Both the position numbers and the translations under genes were made by a program. Shown here in pieces: positions 1 through 9,265 of a DNA stretch of 58,428 bases; positions within the stretch are counted from its first letter, which is position 1, and each line of letters begins with the position of its first letter. Origin of the DNA: Patescibacteria group bacterium (GTDB lineage: Bacteria; Patescibacteriota; Minisyncoccia; Phycocordibacterales; UBA9973); contig JAHJBA010000055.1 of the NCBI GenBank assembly GCA_018813625.1, positions 1 to 58,428 of the forward strand, written 5' to 3'. The notes under the pieces were generated by a model, which worked only from the letters and a program-made list of their open reading frames with translations, was not told where the DNA came from and did no database searches.

Positions 1-101
1 CATCCATTACTGGACGTCTTTAAGTCTGGCTTTTACCATAATAAAGTAAGGTAAGTATAATTTTTTTATTTTCCAAAGTCAATTTGTCTCTTAAGTTCAC
101 A

Positions 102-1397
102 TCACTCCTTCTCTATCCATTCTGGATCTTGTCGAACTAAGAGTTTATTTTTGTTTTCTTGATCTTTTAGTATTGATTCAACGGCACGTTCCATCCGCAT
201 GCTTTGTGAACCTTTAATAAGGATAAGATCATTATCCTTAATGAAAGTTCTTAAAAATTCCCCTACCTCACGCGAGTTATTAAATTCAAGAATATTTTTT
301 TGTTTCATCCCAGCATCCAGCGCCCCATCCTTAATTGCTTTTGCACGAAGACCAACAACAACAAGAATTTCAGAATTTTCCTTAGCGATTTTCCCAATAT
401 TTTTATGGGCCTCTTCCGTATGTTTTCCGAGCTCTAACATATCACCAAGCACTGCTATTTTTCTTCCCTTGTTTTGTATGCTTCCTAAAGTTTTAAGCGC
501 TGATTCACAGGCAAAAGGAGAAGAATTATAGGTATCATCTATAATAATAGAATTATTTATTCCTTCAAGGAGACACATGCGCCCAGGAGGAACTTCATAT
601 TTTTTAACAGAGTTTACTGCATTAATCATGTTGAATTTCAGGCCGAAGGAAACAGCCAAAGCAGCCAATGAAGCATACATGTGGTTTCTTCCAAATACCC
701 CGCTTATTATTACAGGCAAACTGCTACCTCCTTGATCAACTCTGAAAATTATTCCTCTAGGTACTCCCTCATTCGAATAAAAAATAGTGTCTTCTGATCC
801 CCTTATGTCAGCATCTTCTTTAAAGCCATAGGTAATAACTCTATTTTTTGTTGTTATCTTCATCTCCATAACGGCCTCGTCATCCGCGTTAAGAATCAAG
901 ATTCCATCCTTTTTCAAAGTTTTAATGAGCCCGCTTTTTTCTTTTATTAAATGATTTCGTGAATTAAAAAATTCAATATGCACTGGAGTTTCCCCTATTG
1001 CAGTTATAATAACCACATCACTCTTAAGCCAAGAAGCTGTTTGCCTCATGTCACCGGGTTTTCCAACCCCCACTTCTAAAATAAGCCACTTGGGATATTT
1101 ATGTGGCCAAATAATTAACCACAATCCCTTTAAAATATTCTTAATCCAGATATACGGATTATTCCATCCATTCGGGCAACCTAAAACAGTAAGAGGTAAT
1201 CCTATTTCACTATTGTAACTTTTCTCACTTTTGCGAACATATGAAACGGAAGACACAACCGCGTAGACCGCATCTTTTGTAGAAGTCTTACCTACTGAGC
1301 CGGTAATTGCGACAACCTTTGGTTTGTACTTCCAAAGAACAATCTGAGATTCTTTTTTTAAAATGTAGGATATTAATTTTTTAAAAGTTGTTTTCAT
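102..1397 (-). CDS. murF: UDP-N-acetylmuramoyl-tripeptide--D-alanyl-D-alanine ligase (MurF)
   Basis: 431-aa ORF with Mur-ligase P-loop ITGSVGKTSTKD near the N-terminus. Lies directly downstream of ftsI in the mraZ-led array. Confidence 0.85.
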   Translation of the reverse strand: MKTTFKKLISYILKKESQIVLWKYKPKVVAITGSVGKTSTKDAVYAVVSSVSYVRKSEKSYNSEIGLPLTVLGCPNGWNNPYIWIKNILKGLWLIIWPHKYPKWLILEVGVGKPGDMRQTASWLKSDVVIITAIGETPVHIEFFNSRNHLIKEKSGLIKTLKKDGILILNADDEAVMEMKITTKNRVITYGFKEDADIRGSEDTIFYSNEGVPRGIIFRVDQGGSSLPVIISGVFGRNHMYASLAALAVSFGLKFNMINAVNSVKKYEVPPGRMCLLEGINNSIIIDDTYNSSPFACESALKTLGSIQNKGRKIAVLGDMLELGKHTEEAHKNIGKIAKENSEILVVVGLRAKAIKDGALDAGMKQKNILEFNNSREVGEFLRTFIKDNDLILIKGSQSMRMERAVESILKDQENKNKLLVRQDPEWIEKE

Positions 1398-1444
1398 GGT
1401 TCGATTTTATTCACCATAACCCTGAGTCTTTATTAAAGGGTCAT

Positions 1445-3154
1445 TTATCTGTCTGGTGGAATTTCATAATAATTAAGTAAAAATTTTGCAATATCCAAAA
1501 ATGGATCTGCCCAAGTTTGCGAAGCATAAAGAATTCCTTTGGGATTTACTGCATAAAGAAAAATAATAAATTTTGGCTCATAGGCGGGTAAATAACCAAA
1601 AAAAGAATGCGTATGCCTGTCTTCATAATATCCTCGTCCATCTTCTTTGGCAACTTGCGCCGTTCCAGTTTTCACAGCAATAGAATAATGATCCATCTTT
1701 GCAAGCCCGCCCTTAAGTGATTTATCCATGACTGTTACTAGCATCCTAGTTATTTCTTCCGAAGTTTTTTCGGAAATTTTAGTCTGGGTACTTTCATATG
1801 TAATATTTTTTTTAGTGCCATCTTCATATTTTATTGTTTTTATAAGATGTGGAACAACTAATTTCCCCCCATTAGACAACGAAGCAAGCGCACGTATTGT
1901 CTCTACTGGAGTCATTGCTATTCCCTGCCCGAAGGAAGCATTTGCATATTCAATATCTCTAGGACTTTGCAAGTTTGACACCAATCCACTGGTTTCGTTT
2001 GGCAGATCAATCCCTGTTTTTTTTCCTATGCCATATGAAAGCAAATAGTCGCGCAAGTTATCGTGCCCTAACTTATGCGATACAAAAACCATCCCGGTAT
2101 TAAGAGATTGATTTAAAACCTCCTGCATATCCACAACACCTCTAGCTTTTTTGTCAAAATTATTTATTTGCTTTTCCTCAACAATCACTGATCCTCTGTC
2201 TTCATATTTAGTTCCAGCAGTAACTACTCCTGTATCTAAACCAGCGGCCATAACGAGTGGTTTTACAACAGATCCAAATTCAAAAACATTTTCTACTAAT
2301 GGGCTTGAAAAAATTGAAGCATTTTTTACATTAGAAAAATTATTTAAATCAAAATCAGGTTTTACCCCCATCGCATAAATTGATCCATCTTCCGGGTTCA
2401 TAATTATTCCACCAATGGAATCAACTTGATATTTTTCTTTCACCTGTGTAAGTTTTTTTTCTAAAAAACCCTGAACTGCCGGTTCTATGGTCGTAATTAT
2501 ATCTCCCTTTTTTATTTCATTACTCAAAAAAGTCTTATTTATATTCGAAAAGACTTCTGCAAAAAAATTCACATAGGGATTATCTTCGTCCCTAGAAAGA
2601 GTAGTATTATATTGTCTCTCAAGTCCGTAACGTCCGCTAAAATCATTTCCTTTGTATCCCAAAAATCCAAGAGTATGGGAAGCAAGATTACCTCCAGGAT
2701 AAAAACGCCATTTTTCTTTGTAAACATATACTCCGGGGATTTTTTTACTTGAAATATAATCAGCTTCTTCTTTAGTAAGACGATTCGCAATCTCCTCATA
2801 AGGGTCGCTCTTTTTGCTTGCTTTTAAAATAAATCCGTCGTGATCAAGAGTTATTTTTTCTGACAATTTAACATAAACTTCCTCATCGTCACTTATTTGA
2901 CTTGGATTTATGGCAACTTTAAAGCCAGTAGTTTGAGTGGCGGCGGAAACTAGTTGCCCATCTTTACGCTCAAAAAAAATACTTCCACGCTCAAATATAT
3001 CAGATGAAGATGTAACATATTGGTGATCTGCTCGCTCCATATAAGAATTTTTATGCACTACCTGCACCAAAAAAAGCTTTGATATTAATATCAAAGCAAA
3101 AATCAAAATAAAAAAAGACGTCACCTTAATTCTAGAAAAAAAACTAGAGCTCAT
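1445..3154 (-). CDS. ftsI: Penicillin-binding protein 2/3-type transpeptidase (FtsI-like)
   Basis: 569 aa with an N-terminal TM segment. Transpeptidase motifs SVVK (SxxK), SLN (SxN) and KTGT are all present. Position after ftsL-like gene. Confidence 0.85.
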   Translation of the reverse strand: MSSSFFSRIKVTSFFILIFALILISKLFLVQVVHKNSYMERADHQYVTSSSDIFERGSIFFERKDGQLVSAATQTTGFKVAINPSQISDDEEVYVKLSEKITLDHDGFILKASKKSDPYEEIANRLTKEEADYISSKKIPGVYVYKEKWRFYPGGNLASHTLGFLGYKGNDFSGRYGLERQYNTTLSRDEDNPYVNFFAEVFSNINKTFLSNEIKKGDIITTIEPAVQGFLEKKLTQVKEKYQVDSIGGIIMNPEDGSIYAMGVKPDFDLNNFSNVKNASIFSSPLVENVFEFGSVVKPLVMAAGLDTGVVTAGTKYEDRGSVIVEEKQINNFDKKARGVVDMQEVLNQSLNTGMVFVSHKLGHDNLRDYLLSYGIGKKTGIDLPNETSGLVSNLQSPRDIEYANASFGQGIAMTPVETIRALASLSNGGKLVVPHLIKTIKYEDGTKKNITYESTQTKISEKTSEEITRMLVTVMDKSLKGGLAKMDHYSIAVKTGTAQVAKEDGRGYYEDRHTHSFFGYLPAYEPKFIIFLYAVNPKGILYASQTWADPFLDIAKFLLNYYEIPPDR

Positions 3155-3497
3155 TTTTTGAAAATTCTATGCTTCCAAGAGCCTTTCTGGTTGCAAATTT
3201 TGCTTTAGTTTCCTTAAATCCAAGAGATTCTGCTAAAGCAAGATCAATCTTGTTGGAGGCAGTAAGATATTGGAGTTCCAGTTCTCCTATTTCATTTGAA
3301 ATGGAATGTGCATTGACCTCAAGCGCCTTCCTCTCTACGATATTGAAAACCATACTCCCTACAAGAGAGACATAGCAAAAAGCTAATGCAATAAGAAACC
3401 AAAGCATAATCCTAAAAATCCGCCTATTCAAGGTCCTGTTGTCAGTAATGCTTGCACTCCTAGCATAACTATTTAGTTTTAAGCTTGCTTGTCTCAT
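3144..3497 (-). CDS. FtsL-like small bitopic division protein
   Basis: 117 aa with one TM (IMLWFLIALAFCYVSLVGSMVF) followed by a coiled-coil-like segment. Sits in the canonical slot between rsmH and ftsI. Called by position and topology only. Confidence 0.55.
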   Translation of the reverse strand: MRQASLKLNSYARSASITDNRTLNRRIFRIMLWFLIALAFCYVSLVGSMVFNIVERKALEVNAHSISNEIGELELQYLTASNKIDLALAESLGFKETKAKFATRKALGSIEFSKNEL

Positions 3498-3502
3498 TTT
3501 TT

Positions 3503-4402
3503 TTAAATTATTTTTTCCAAAATCCTTAATTTTGCACTTCTCGCTCTTGGATTATTTTTAAATTCTTCTCTACTAGCCGTAATTACTTTTTTGTTTATTA
3601 ATTTCGCCGATCCCTCTTTGTCCTTCTCTCTAAAAAACTTTTTTGCTATTCTGTCCTCTAGGCTATGAAAAGATATCACCGACATTCTTCCATTCTTTTT
3701 TAAAACTTCGAACCCTTTTTCTAATCCGCTTTGAAGTGTTCTTAATTCATCATTTACTGCTATCCTCATCGCCTGAAATGTTTTTGTAGCAAAATGCAAT
3801 CGTCCTCTTCTGTATCCTGCCGGCACTGATCTTTCAATAATCCTTACTAAATCAAAGCTTGTCATTACCTTTTGTTTTTTTCTTGACCGAACTATCTCTT
3901 TTGCAATTTTTCTCGCAAACCTTTCTTCACCATAACCGTAAATAACATCTGCTAGACTTTTTTCACTCCAAGTATTTATAATATCTCTGGCAGTCAAGTC
4001 TTCTGGGAGAGGATTTTCTTTCATTGTCATTAAAAGCGGTTCATCTTTCATGAAAGAAAATCCTCTCCCAGAATTTTCTAACTGATCTGAACTAAGACCT
4101 AAATCTAGAATTACTCCATCCACCTTTTCTATCCCTTCCGACATTAAAACTTTATCCAAATTTCTGAAATTCTGATTCCAAAAAGAAATTTTACAGTCAA
4201 TGTCTTTGAATTTATCTCTTGCTTTTTCCCAAGCATTTTGATCCTGATCAATCGCGATTATTTCTGACCCAGGATATTTTCTACAAATTTCTACACTATG
4301 CCCTCCACCACCAAAAGTACAATCAAGCACGACAGACCTCCTTGATAAATTCAAACCATTTATTGTTTCATTTAAAAGAACTGTCCTATGAACACTCTCC
4401 AT
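3503..4402 (-). CDS. rsmH: 16S rRNA (cytosine1402-N4)-methyltransferase RsmH/MraW
   Basis: 299 aa with SAM-binding DCTFGGGGHS and downstream DLGLSS motif. Immediately follows mraZ. Confidence 0.9.
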   Translation of the reverse strand: MESVHRTVLLNETINGLNLSRRSVVLDCTFGGGGHSVEICRKYPGSEIIAIDQDQNAWEKARDKFKDIDCKISFWNQNFRNLDKVLMSEGIEKVDGVILDLGLSSDQLENSGRGFSFMKDEPLLMTMKENPLPEDLTARDIINTWSEKSLADVIYGYGEERFARKIAKEIVRSRKKQKVMTSFDLVRIIERSVPAGYRRGRLHFATKTFQAMRIAVNDELRTLQSGLEKGFEVLKKNGRMSVISFHSLEDRIAKKFFREKDKEGSAKLINKKVITASREEFKNNPRARSAKLRILEKII

Positions 4403-4839
4403 TATTTTCCGGCTGTACCGAGCTTCTCCGCTATCTCATCAGATCTTTTCTCAGCCTCATTTTTATATTCCGACCAGATTTTTTCGTTCCATAATTCCAC
4501 CCTATTATCTACTCCTACCAAAACTGCTTTGGAAGCTCCCGCTAGATTTGCTTCTGATTTCAAAAATTCCGGTATAAGCATCCTGCCCACGGTATCCACT
4601 TCTATTTCCGTCGCCCCTCCAAATATGCGACGATTGAAGGCTCTGGCATCCGCCTTAAGCCAAGGCAGTGCAGAAAGATCAGCTGAAATTTTATTCCATT
4701 CTTTGATTGTAAAAATGAACAAACATTTATCTAACCCCCGAGTCATCACAACTTTTTTACCCATCTCCTGCCTAAATTTTACCGGCAATGAAATTCGGTT
4801 TTTCTCGTCTATTGTGTGTATGTATTCGCCGATTAACAT
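4402..4839 (-). CDS. mraZ: Transcriptional regulator MraZ
   Basis: 145 aa with duplicated DxxxR motifs (DEKNRISLP and DTVGRMLIP). First gene of the dcw-type array. Confidence 0.9.
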   Translation of the reverse strand: MLIGEYIHTIDEKNRISLPVKFRQEMGKKVVMTRGLDKCLFIFTIKEWNKISADLSALPWLKADARAFNRRIFGGATEIEVDTVGRMLIPEFLKSEANLAGASKAVLVGVDNRVELWNEKIWSEYKNEAEKRSDEIAEKLGTAGK

Positions 4840-4868
4840 AAATTTTGCAAAAATTACTTATTAACATA

Positions 4869-4886
4869 TTTCCCACACTTTCCCAC
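4869..4886 (-). promoter_or_regulatory. Putative MraZ boxes (two GTGGGAAA direct repeats, 10-nt period)
   Basis: Plus-strand tttcccac at 4869-4876 and 4879-4886 reads GTGGGAAA twice on the mraZ strand, 30-47 nt upstream of the mraZ ATG. MraZ is known to bind phased GTGG-type direct repeats in its own promoter. Confidence 0.45.
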
Positions 4887-5027
4887 TTCATATACATTAT
4901 AAACCACTAGTTTTTATATATCCAAATATGAACTGTGGATAACTTTCTTACCCTATTTGCAATTTGAAATTTTTATTGTATATTAAGACAAATTCAAATT
5001 GTACAAACCAACAAAAAATATAAGCCT

Positions 5028-5297
5028 ATGGCAGAAACAAAGACTATAAAAGACATCATTCCTACTCTAAAGAGAAGAAATAAGGTGAGTCCAGAATTAC
5101 AAAAAGTAATTCGTGGTTTAAAAAAATATCAAAAACGCCCTATTTTAAAAAAACAAATCAATAGTTTAAATGGAGTTAGGGTGAGTGATGAATTAAAAAA
5201 GGTCATTCAGGGTCTAAAAAAATACCAAAAACCGATTAACTATCAGGATTTTATAGACGACCCTTTTGACTGGAACTTTTACTTAAGCGTAATATAA
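5028..5297 (+). CDS. Hypothetical small basic protein with an internal 17-aa repeat
   Basis: 89-aa ORF. VSPELQKVIRGLKKYQK (aa 20-36) recurs as VSDELKKVIQGLKKYQK (aa 52-68). Followed by a strong hairpin terminator. Confidence 0.5.
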   Translation: MAETKTIKDIIPTLKRRNKVSPELQKVIRGLKKYQKRPILKKQINSLNGVRVSDELKKVIQGLKKYQKPINYQDFIDDPFDWNFYLSVI

Positions 5298-5305
5298 AGA
5301 AAAAA

Positions 5306-5333
5306 CCTTGCGATCTATTCGCAAGGTTTTTTT
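5306..5333. terminator. Bidirectional intrinsic terminator
   Basis: ccttgcga-tctat-tcgcaagg hairpin with an A-run before and a T-run after. Lies between the convergent 5028-5297 ORF and lysS. Confidence 0.7.
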
Positions 5334-5342
5334 AATTTTTAT

Positions 5343-6827
5343 CTATTCATTTTTAGGCTTCATGATCGGGAAAAAAATCACATCTCGAAGATTTTTCTTT
5401 TCGGTCAGTATGGCAGTCAAACGATCAATGCCCATTCCAAAACCAGTCATTGGGGGCATGCCATGTTCCATGGCAGTCAAAAACGATTCATCAACTTCCA
5501 TTGCTTCTTCGTCTCCCTTTTCCTTAACCTTGGACTGTGCCAGGAGAAGCTCGCGTTGGATTTGAGGATCAACAAGCTCGGCATATTGATTAGTTATTTC
5601 TGCTCCGGCTATCACAAGCTGGGCAACTTCGGCAGTACCGTCAGGGTTTTGCTGAGCAAGCGGTTTTAATTCTCCTGGAAATTTTATAACAAAAGTTGGA
5701 TTTATAATTTTTCCGCGAGAAGATTTCTTGTAAATATGATCTAGTAAATTTCCTCTCCCAGTTTTTTTTACCTCATCTGCCGACATACCCCACTTAATTG
5801 CCTCTTTCTTTATCTCCTCAATTGAAATATTATCTATATCAATGCCTGTATTTTTTTTGAGCAATTCTCCAAAGGAAATCCTCGGCCACTCCCCATCAAA
5901 ATTAATTTCTTGTTCTTTACCTTCTTTGTCAAGAAATTTAAAAGATTTTTTACCCACAAGATTGAAAGCAATATGCTTAATCATTTCCTCGGTCCATTCT
6001 ATGTTTGTTTCAAGAGTTTTATAGGCAGCATACCATTCCAACATGGTGAATTCTTGAATGTGGGTTGGATCAGAACCTTCATTTCGGAAACATTTACCAA
6101 TTTCGTAAACACCCTCATAGCCACCAGCCATAATTTTTTTGTGATCAAGCTCAAGAGCAATACGGAGCACCATATCCATTTGATAGTCATTGTGATAAGT
6201 TTTAAAAACTTTTGCCATAGCACCACCAGCCTGATTTTGAAGTATGGGAGTTTCTACTTCTAATAAGTTTTTTTCATCAAGATATTCGCGTATTGCTTTT
6301 ATGATTTTTGAACGAGTTATAAAAAGATCGTGAGCATCCTCTTCCATAATAAGGTCAAGGTAACGCGCGCGGTAAATTTCTTCGATATCAACCAACCCAT
6401 GCCATTTTTCTGGTAGAGGTAAAAGAGATTTAGTAAGCATATTCCAGTCTTTTGCTTCTATCGTTTTCTCCCCCCTTTTTGTTGTAAAAAAGGTACCATA
6501 AACTTCTATGAAGTCCCCAATGTCCACAGCATCGTTAAATAAACCAAATTTTTTTTGATCTAAAACATCTTTTTTAAAAAGTGCCTGAAATTTTGCAGTG
6601 CCATCATATAGAGTTATAAAAACTAAAGCACCCTGACCCCTAATGGATATGACGCGCCCAGCAAGCCATTTTGGGTTACCCGACTTTTCTAGGTCATCAA
6701 AAATCTCAACCGCCTTAACTAGCGAAAGTTCCCTTTTTGATTCTGCGGGATAAGGGTTCATCCCCTTTTCCTTTAAAAGTTCAAGTTTTTTTATTCTTGC
6801 CTCTTTTATTTCGTCTATCGAAGACAT
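5343..6827 (-). CDS. lysS: Lysyl-tRNA synthetase, class II
   Basis: 494 aa with an OB-fold N-terminus, class II motif 2 CFRNEGSD and motif 3 GMGIDRL. Confidence 0.9.
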   Translation of the reverse strand: MSSIDEIKEARIKKLELLKEKGMNPYPAESKRELSLVKAVEIFDDLEKSGNPKWLAGRVISIRGQGALVFITLYDGTAKFQALFKKDVLDQKKFGLFNDAVDIGDFIEVYGTFFTTKRGEKTIEAKDWNMLTKSLLPLPEKWHGLVDIEEIYRARYLDLIMEEDAHDLFITRSKIIKAIREYLDEKNLLEVETPILQNQAGGAMAKVFKTYHNDYQMDMVLRIALELDHKKIMAGGYEGVYEIGKCFRNEGSDPTHIQEFTMLEWYAAYKTLETNIEWTEEMIKHIAFNLVGKKSFKFLDKEGKEQEINFDGEWPRISFGELLKKNTGIDIDNISIEEIKKEAIKWGMSADEVKKTGRGNLLDHIYKKSSRGKIINPTFVIKFPGELKPLAQQNPDGTAEVAQLVIAGAEITNQYAELVDPQIQRELLLAQSKVKEKGDEEAMEVDESFLTAMEHGMPPMTGFGMGIDRLTAILTEKKNLRDVIFFPIMKPKNE

Positions 6828-6839
6828 TTCTAAAAAAAA

Positions 6840-7307
6840 TTAAGATACGTCTATAATTTTATAATTAATTGCGCCACGCGGAGTATCAAAAGAAACCTTG
6901 TCTCCTTTTTTCTTACCAAAAAGAGCCTCCCCGATAGGTGATTTGTTAGAAATCTTATCCTGCGACATGTCGGCCTCCTCGGAACCAACTATTCGAAAAA
7001 TTTTCTCTTCCTTTTCCCCTTCTTTCCTAACAATAACTTTTGAGCCAATCTCCACGATATCTCCACCTCTTGGGGATACCACTTCCGAAGAACTTAGTAT
7101 CGATTCTATCTTCTGTATGCGAGCTTCGAGTTTTCCTTGATCTTCTCGAGCCTGGTGATATTCCGCGTTCTCTGAAAGATCGCCAAGCGATTTTGCATAC
7201 GCTAATGTTTCTAAAATCTCTTTACGTTTTGGGCCCTTCAGATCTTCTAGTTCAATTTCTAAAGCCTTTTTCTTTTCTTTTGTTATATAATCAGTTTTGC
7301 TCATCAA
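6840..7307 (-). CDS. greA: Transcription elongation factor GreA
   Basis: 155 aa with the conserved GDLSENAEY acidic tip of the coiled coil and a C-terminal FKBP-like domain. Confidence 0.9.
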   Translation of the reverse strand: MMSKTDYITKEKKKALEIELEDLKGPKRKEILETLAYAKSLGDLSENAEYHQAREDQGKLEARIQKIESILSSSEVVSPRGGDIVEIGSKVIVRKEGEKEEKIFRIVGSEEADMSQDKISNKSPIGEALFGKKKGDKVSFDTPRGAINYKIIDVS

Positions 7308-7392
7308 GTAAATACTAGCTTTTTTTGATGAAAAAGTAAACCTGGTTCTAAAAACTTGCTATATATATTTTTTATGATAATCTATAAGTCAT

Positions 7393-7620
7393 ATGGCAAA
7401 AGCAGTAGTTGAGGTTAAAAAAAATCCAAATGAAAATAATGCGAGCGTGTTGCGCCGTTTTTCGCGCAAGATTCAAGAATCAAGCATAATACAAAAAGTT
7501 AAAGGATCTAGGTACAACGAAAGAAAAGAATCAAAATTGAAGATAAAAAAGAGTGCGTTGAAACGGATAGGAAAAAGAAAGGAGGTAGAAAAACTGCGCA
7601 AGCTCGGAAAAATAAGATAG
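7393..7620 (+). CDS. rpsU: 30S ribosomal protein bS21
   Basis: 75-aa highly basic ORF (..LRRFSRK.., KRKE..KLRK). Size and composition are typical of S21. Located upstream of ybeY. Confidence 0.7.
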   Translation: MAKAVVEVKKNPNENNASVLRRFSRKIQESSIIQKVKGSRYNERKESKLKIKKSALKRIGKRKEVEKLRKLGKIR

Positions 7621-7621
7621 T

Positions 7622-8074
7622 ATGTTAGGAGATTTCTCAAAGATAAACACAACAAAAGGCAAGCTTCCAAGCTTGCCTTTTGTTAGAATAAAAAATGATA
7701 TCCTCAAAAAGGGATATTCCCTCTCTTTGGTTTTTGTTGGTAAGAAAAAATCACAGGAGCTAAATCGTACATATCGAAAAAAAGACAAACCAACTAATAT
7801 ACTTTCTTTCCCCTACTCAAAAACTGAGGGAGAAATTATTATATGCCCAGCAATAGTAAAACGCGAGGCAAAAAAATTCGACAAAAGTTTCCACGATTTT
7901 ATGGGATTCCTAGTTATCCACGGAATGCTACATTTGAAAGGAATGAAACATAGTAGTAAAATGGAAAGAGAAGAAAAAAAATATGATCAAAAATATTTCC
8001 ATCGGAATAGACATAGGGTCATCAACTACAAGAGTTGTGGTCGGAGAATTTCTAAAGGGAGAAAAAAATCCTAA
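7622..8074 (+). CDS. ybeY: rRNA maturation endoribonuclease YbeY
   Basis: 150 aa with zinc motif HGMLHLKGMKH (HGxLHLxGxxH). Confidence 0.85.
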   Translation: MLGDFSKINTTKGKLPSLPFVRIKNDILKKGYSLSLVFVGKKKSQELNRTYRKKDKPTNILSFPYSKTEGEIIICPAIVKREAKKFDKSFHDFMGFLVIHGMLHLKGMKHSSKMEREEKKYDQKYFHRNRHRVINYKSCGRRISKGRKKS

Positions 8075-9149
8075 GATTATTGGTATAGGAGAAAGTGAAA
8101 CTAGAGGGATACGGCACGGATATGTCGTAAATTTTGTCGACGCAGTAAACTCAATCAAGAATGCCGTATCTATGGCTGAAAAGATTTCGGGTGTAAAAAT
8201 AAAACGAGCATATGTTTCCATAAACAGCATAACCTTACGAGGAGACACAAGCTCTGGGCTGGCAATCATTTCTAGGACAAACAACGAAATCACCAACTTG
8301 GACGTAAACAAAGCCCTCGAGGATAGTGAAAACAATTTGAGTCTAAGTAATAATAGAAAAATTATTCAAATGTTTCCAATATCTTACAGACTTGACGGCA
8401 AAGAAGTGTTAGGAAAACCAGAGGGAATGTGCGGAACAAAACTCGAAGTAAAGAGTCTCTTTGTAACCTGTTCAAGCCAACATTTAGAAGATCTTGTTTC
8501 TGTTATGGCAGAAGCTGGAATAGAAACCATAGACATAATCGCTTCGTCTGTCGCTGGAAGTAATATCGCCCTCACTAGAAAACAAAAAATGGTAGGATCA
8601 GCTTTAGTTAATATAGGATCCGAAACAGTATCTTTGGCAGTTTTTGAAAATGGGTCACTAATATCGCTTCACTCATTTCCTATTGGTTCTACAGATATTA
8701 CAAACGATATTGCTCTAGGTTTTAAAATCCCACTAGAAAAAGCTGAGAGTTTTAAGCTTGGGCATATTACAGAAGATTATTCAAAGAAAAAATTAAATGA
8801 AATTATAGAAGCACGCTTGTCTGACATCTTCGACCTGGTTGAAAATCATTTAAAAAAGATAAAAAGAAATGAACTCCTACCAGCCGGAATTGTTTTCATT
8901 GGTGGGGGGGCAAATATCCCCTCTCTTGAAGAGTTGTCAAAATCTATACTTAAGCTTCCTTCAAAAATAGGAACAAGCGATCTTTTTACCAATACAAAAA
9001 CTAAACTTAGGGACCCTTCTTGGTTCACTGCTCTTGGTCTAATAACTTCAAGCAAAAACAACGAAGGTCATTCTATAAATTCTCTAACAAGTATCACGAG
9101 AGATCTAAAGAATGCGCTAAAATCAATAATGAAACAACTTTTACCATAA
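7983..9149 (+). CDS. ftsA: Cell division protein FtsA
   Basis: 388 aa with actin-fold phosphate-1 GIDIGSSTTRVVVG and FIGGGANIP. Directly upstream of ftsZ. The 5' end overlaps ybeY by 92 nt. Confidence 0.85.
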   Translation: MIKNISIGIDIGSSTTRVVVGEFLKGEKNPKIIGIGESETRGIRHGYVVNFVDAVNSIKNAVSMAEKISGVKIKRAYVSINSITLRGDTSSGLAIISRTNNEITNLDVNKALEDSENNLSLSNNRKIIQMFPISYRLDGKEVLGKPEGMCGTKLEVKSLFVTCSSQHLEDLVSVMAEAGIETIDIIASSVAGSNIALTRKQKMVGSALVNIGSETVSLAVFENGSLISLHSFPIGSTDITNDIALGFKIPLEKAESFKLGHITEDYSKKKLNEIIEARLSDIFDLVENHLKKIKRNELLPAGIVFIGGGANIPSLEELSKSILKLPSKIGTSDLFTNTKTKLRDPSWFTALGLITSSKNNEGHSINSLTSITRDLKNALKSIMKQLLP

Positions 9150-9178
9150 TACGAAATATTTAATTTAAGATTAAAATA

Positions 9179-9201
9179 AAGGCTTGCACGGCCTTTTTTT
9201 T
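9179..9201 (+). terminator. Weak intrinsic terminator/attenuator between ftsA and ftsZ
   Basis: aaggc-ttgcacg-gcctt 5-bp stem followed by a run of T. Confidence 0.4.
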
Positions 9202-9265
9202 CTGGTATGATAGAGCTTATAACAAATCAAGCAAATTTTATTAGCTAGGAAATTAATACAAAAAT

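Noticed and set aside
1-101. Possible gene start at the extreme left edge (minus-strand ATGGATG at 1-7)
   Set aside because: Only 7 nt are inside the window, so it cannot be supported.
4388-4864. 158-aa plus-strand ORF
   Set aside because: It is fully antisense to mraZ, which has clear family motifs. This is a typical shadow ORF in AT-rich DNA.
5085-5231. Repeat considered as a CRISPR-like or tandem DNA repeat
   Set aside because: There are only two copies, diverged at DNA level and in frame inside an ORF. It is a protein-level duplication and not an array.
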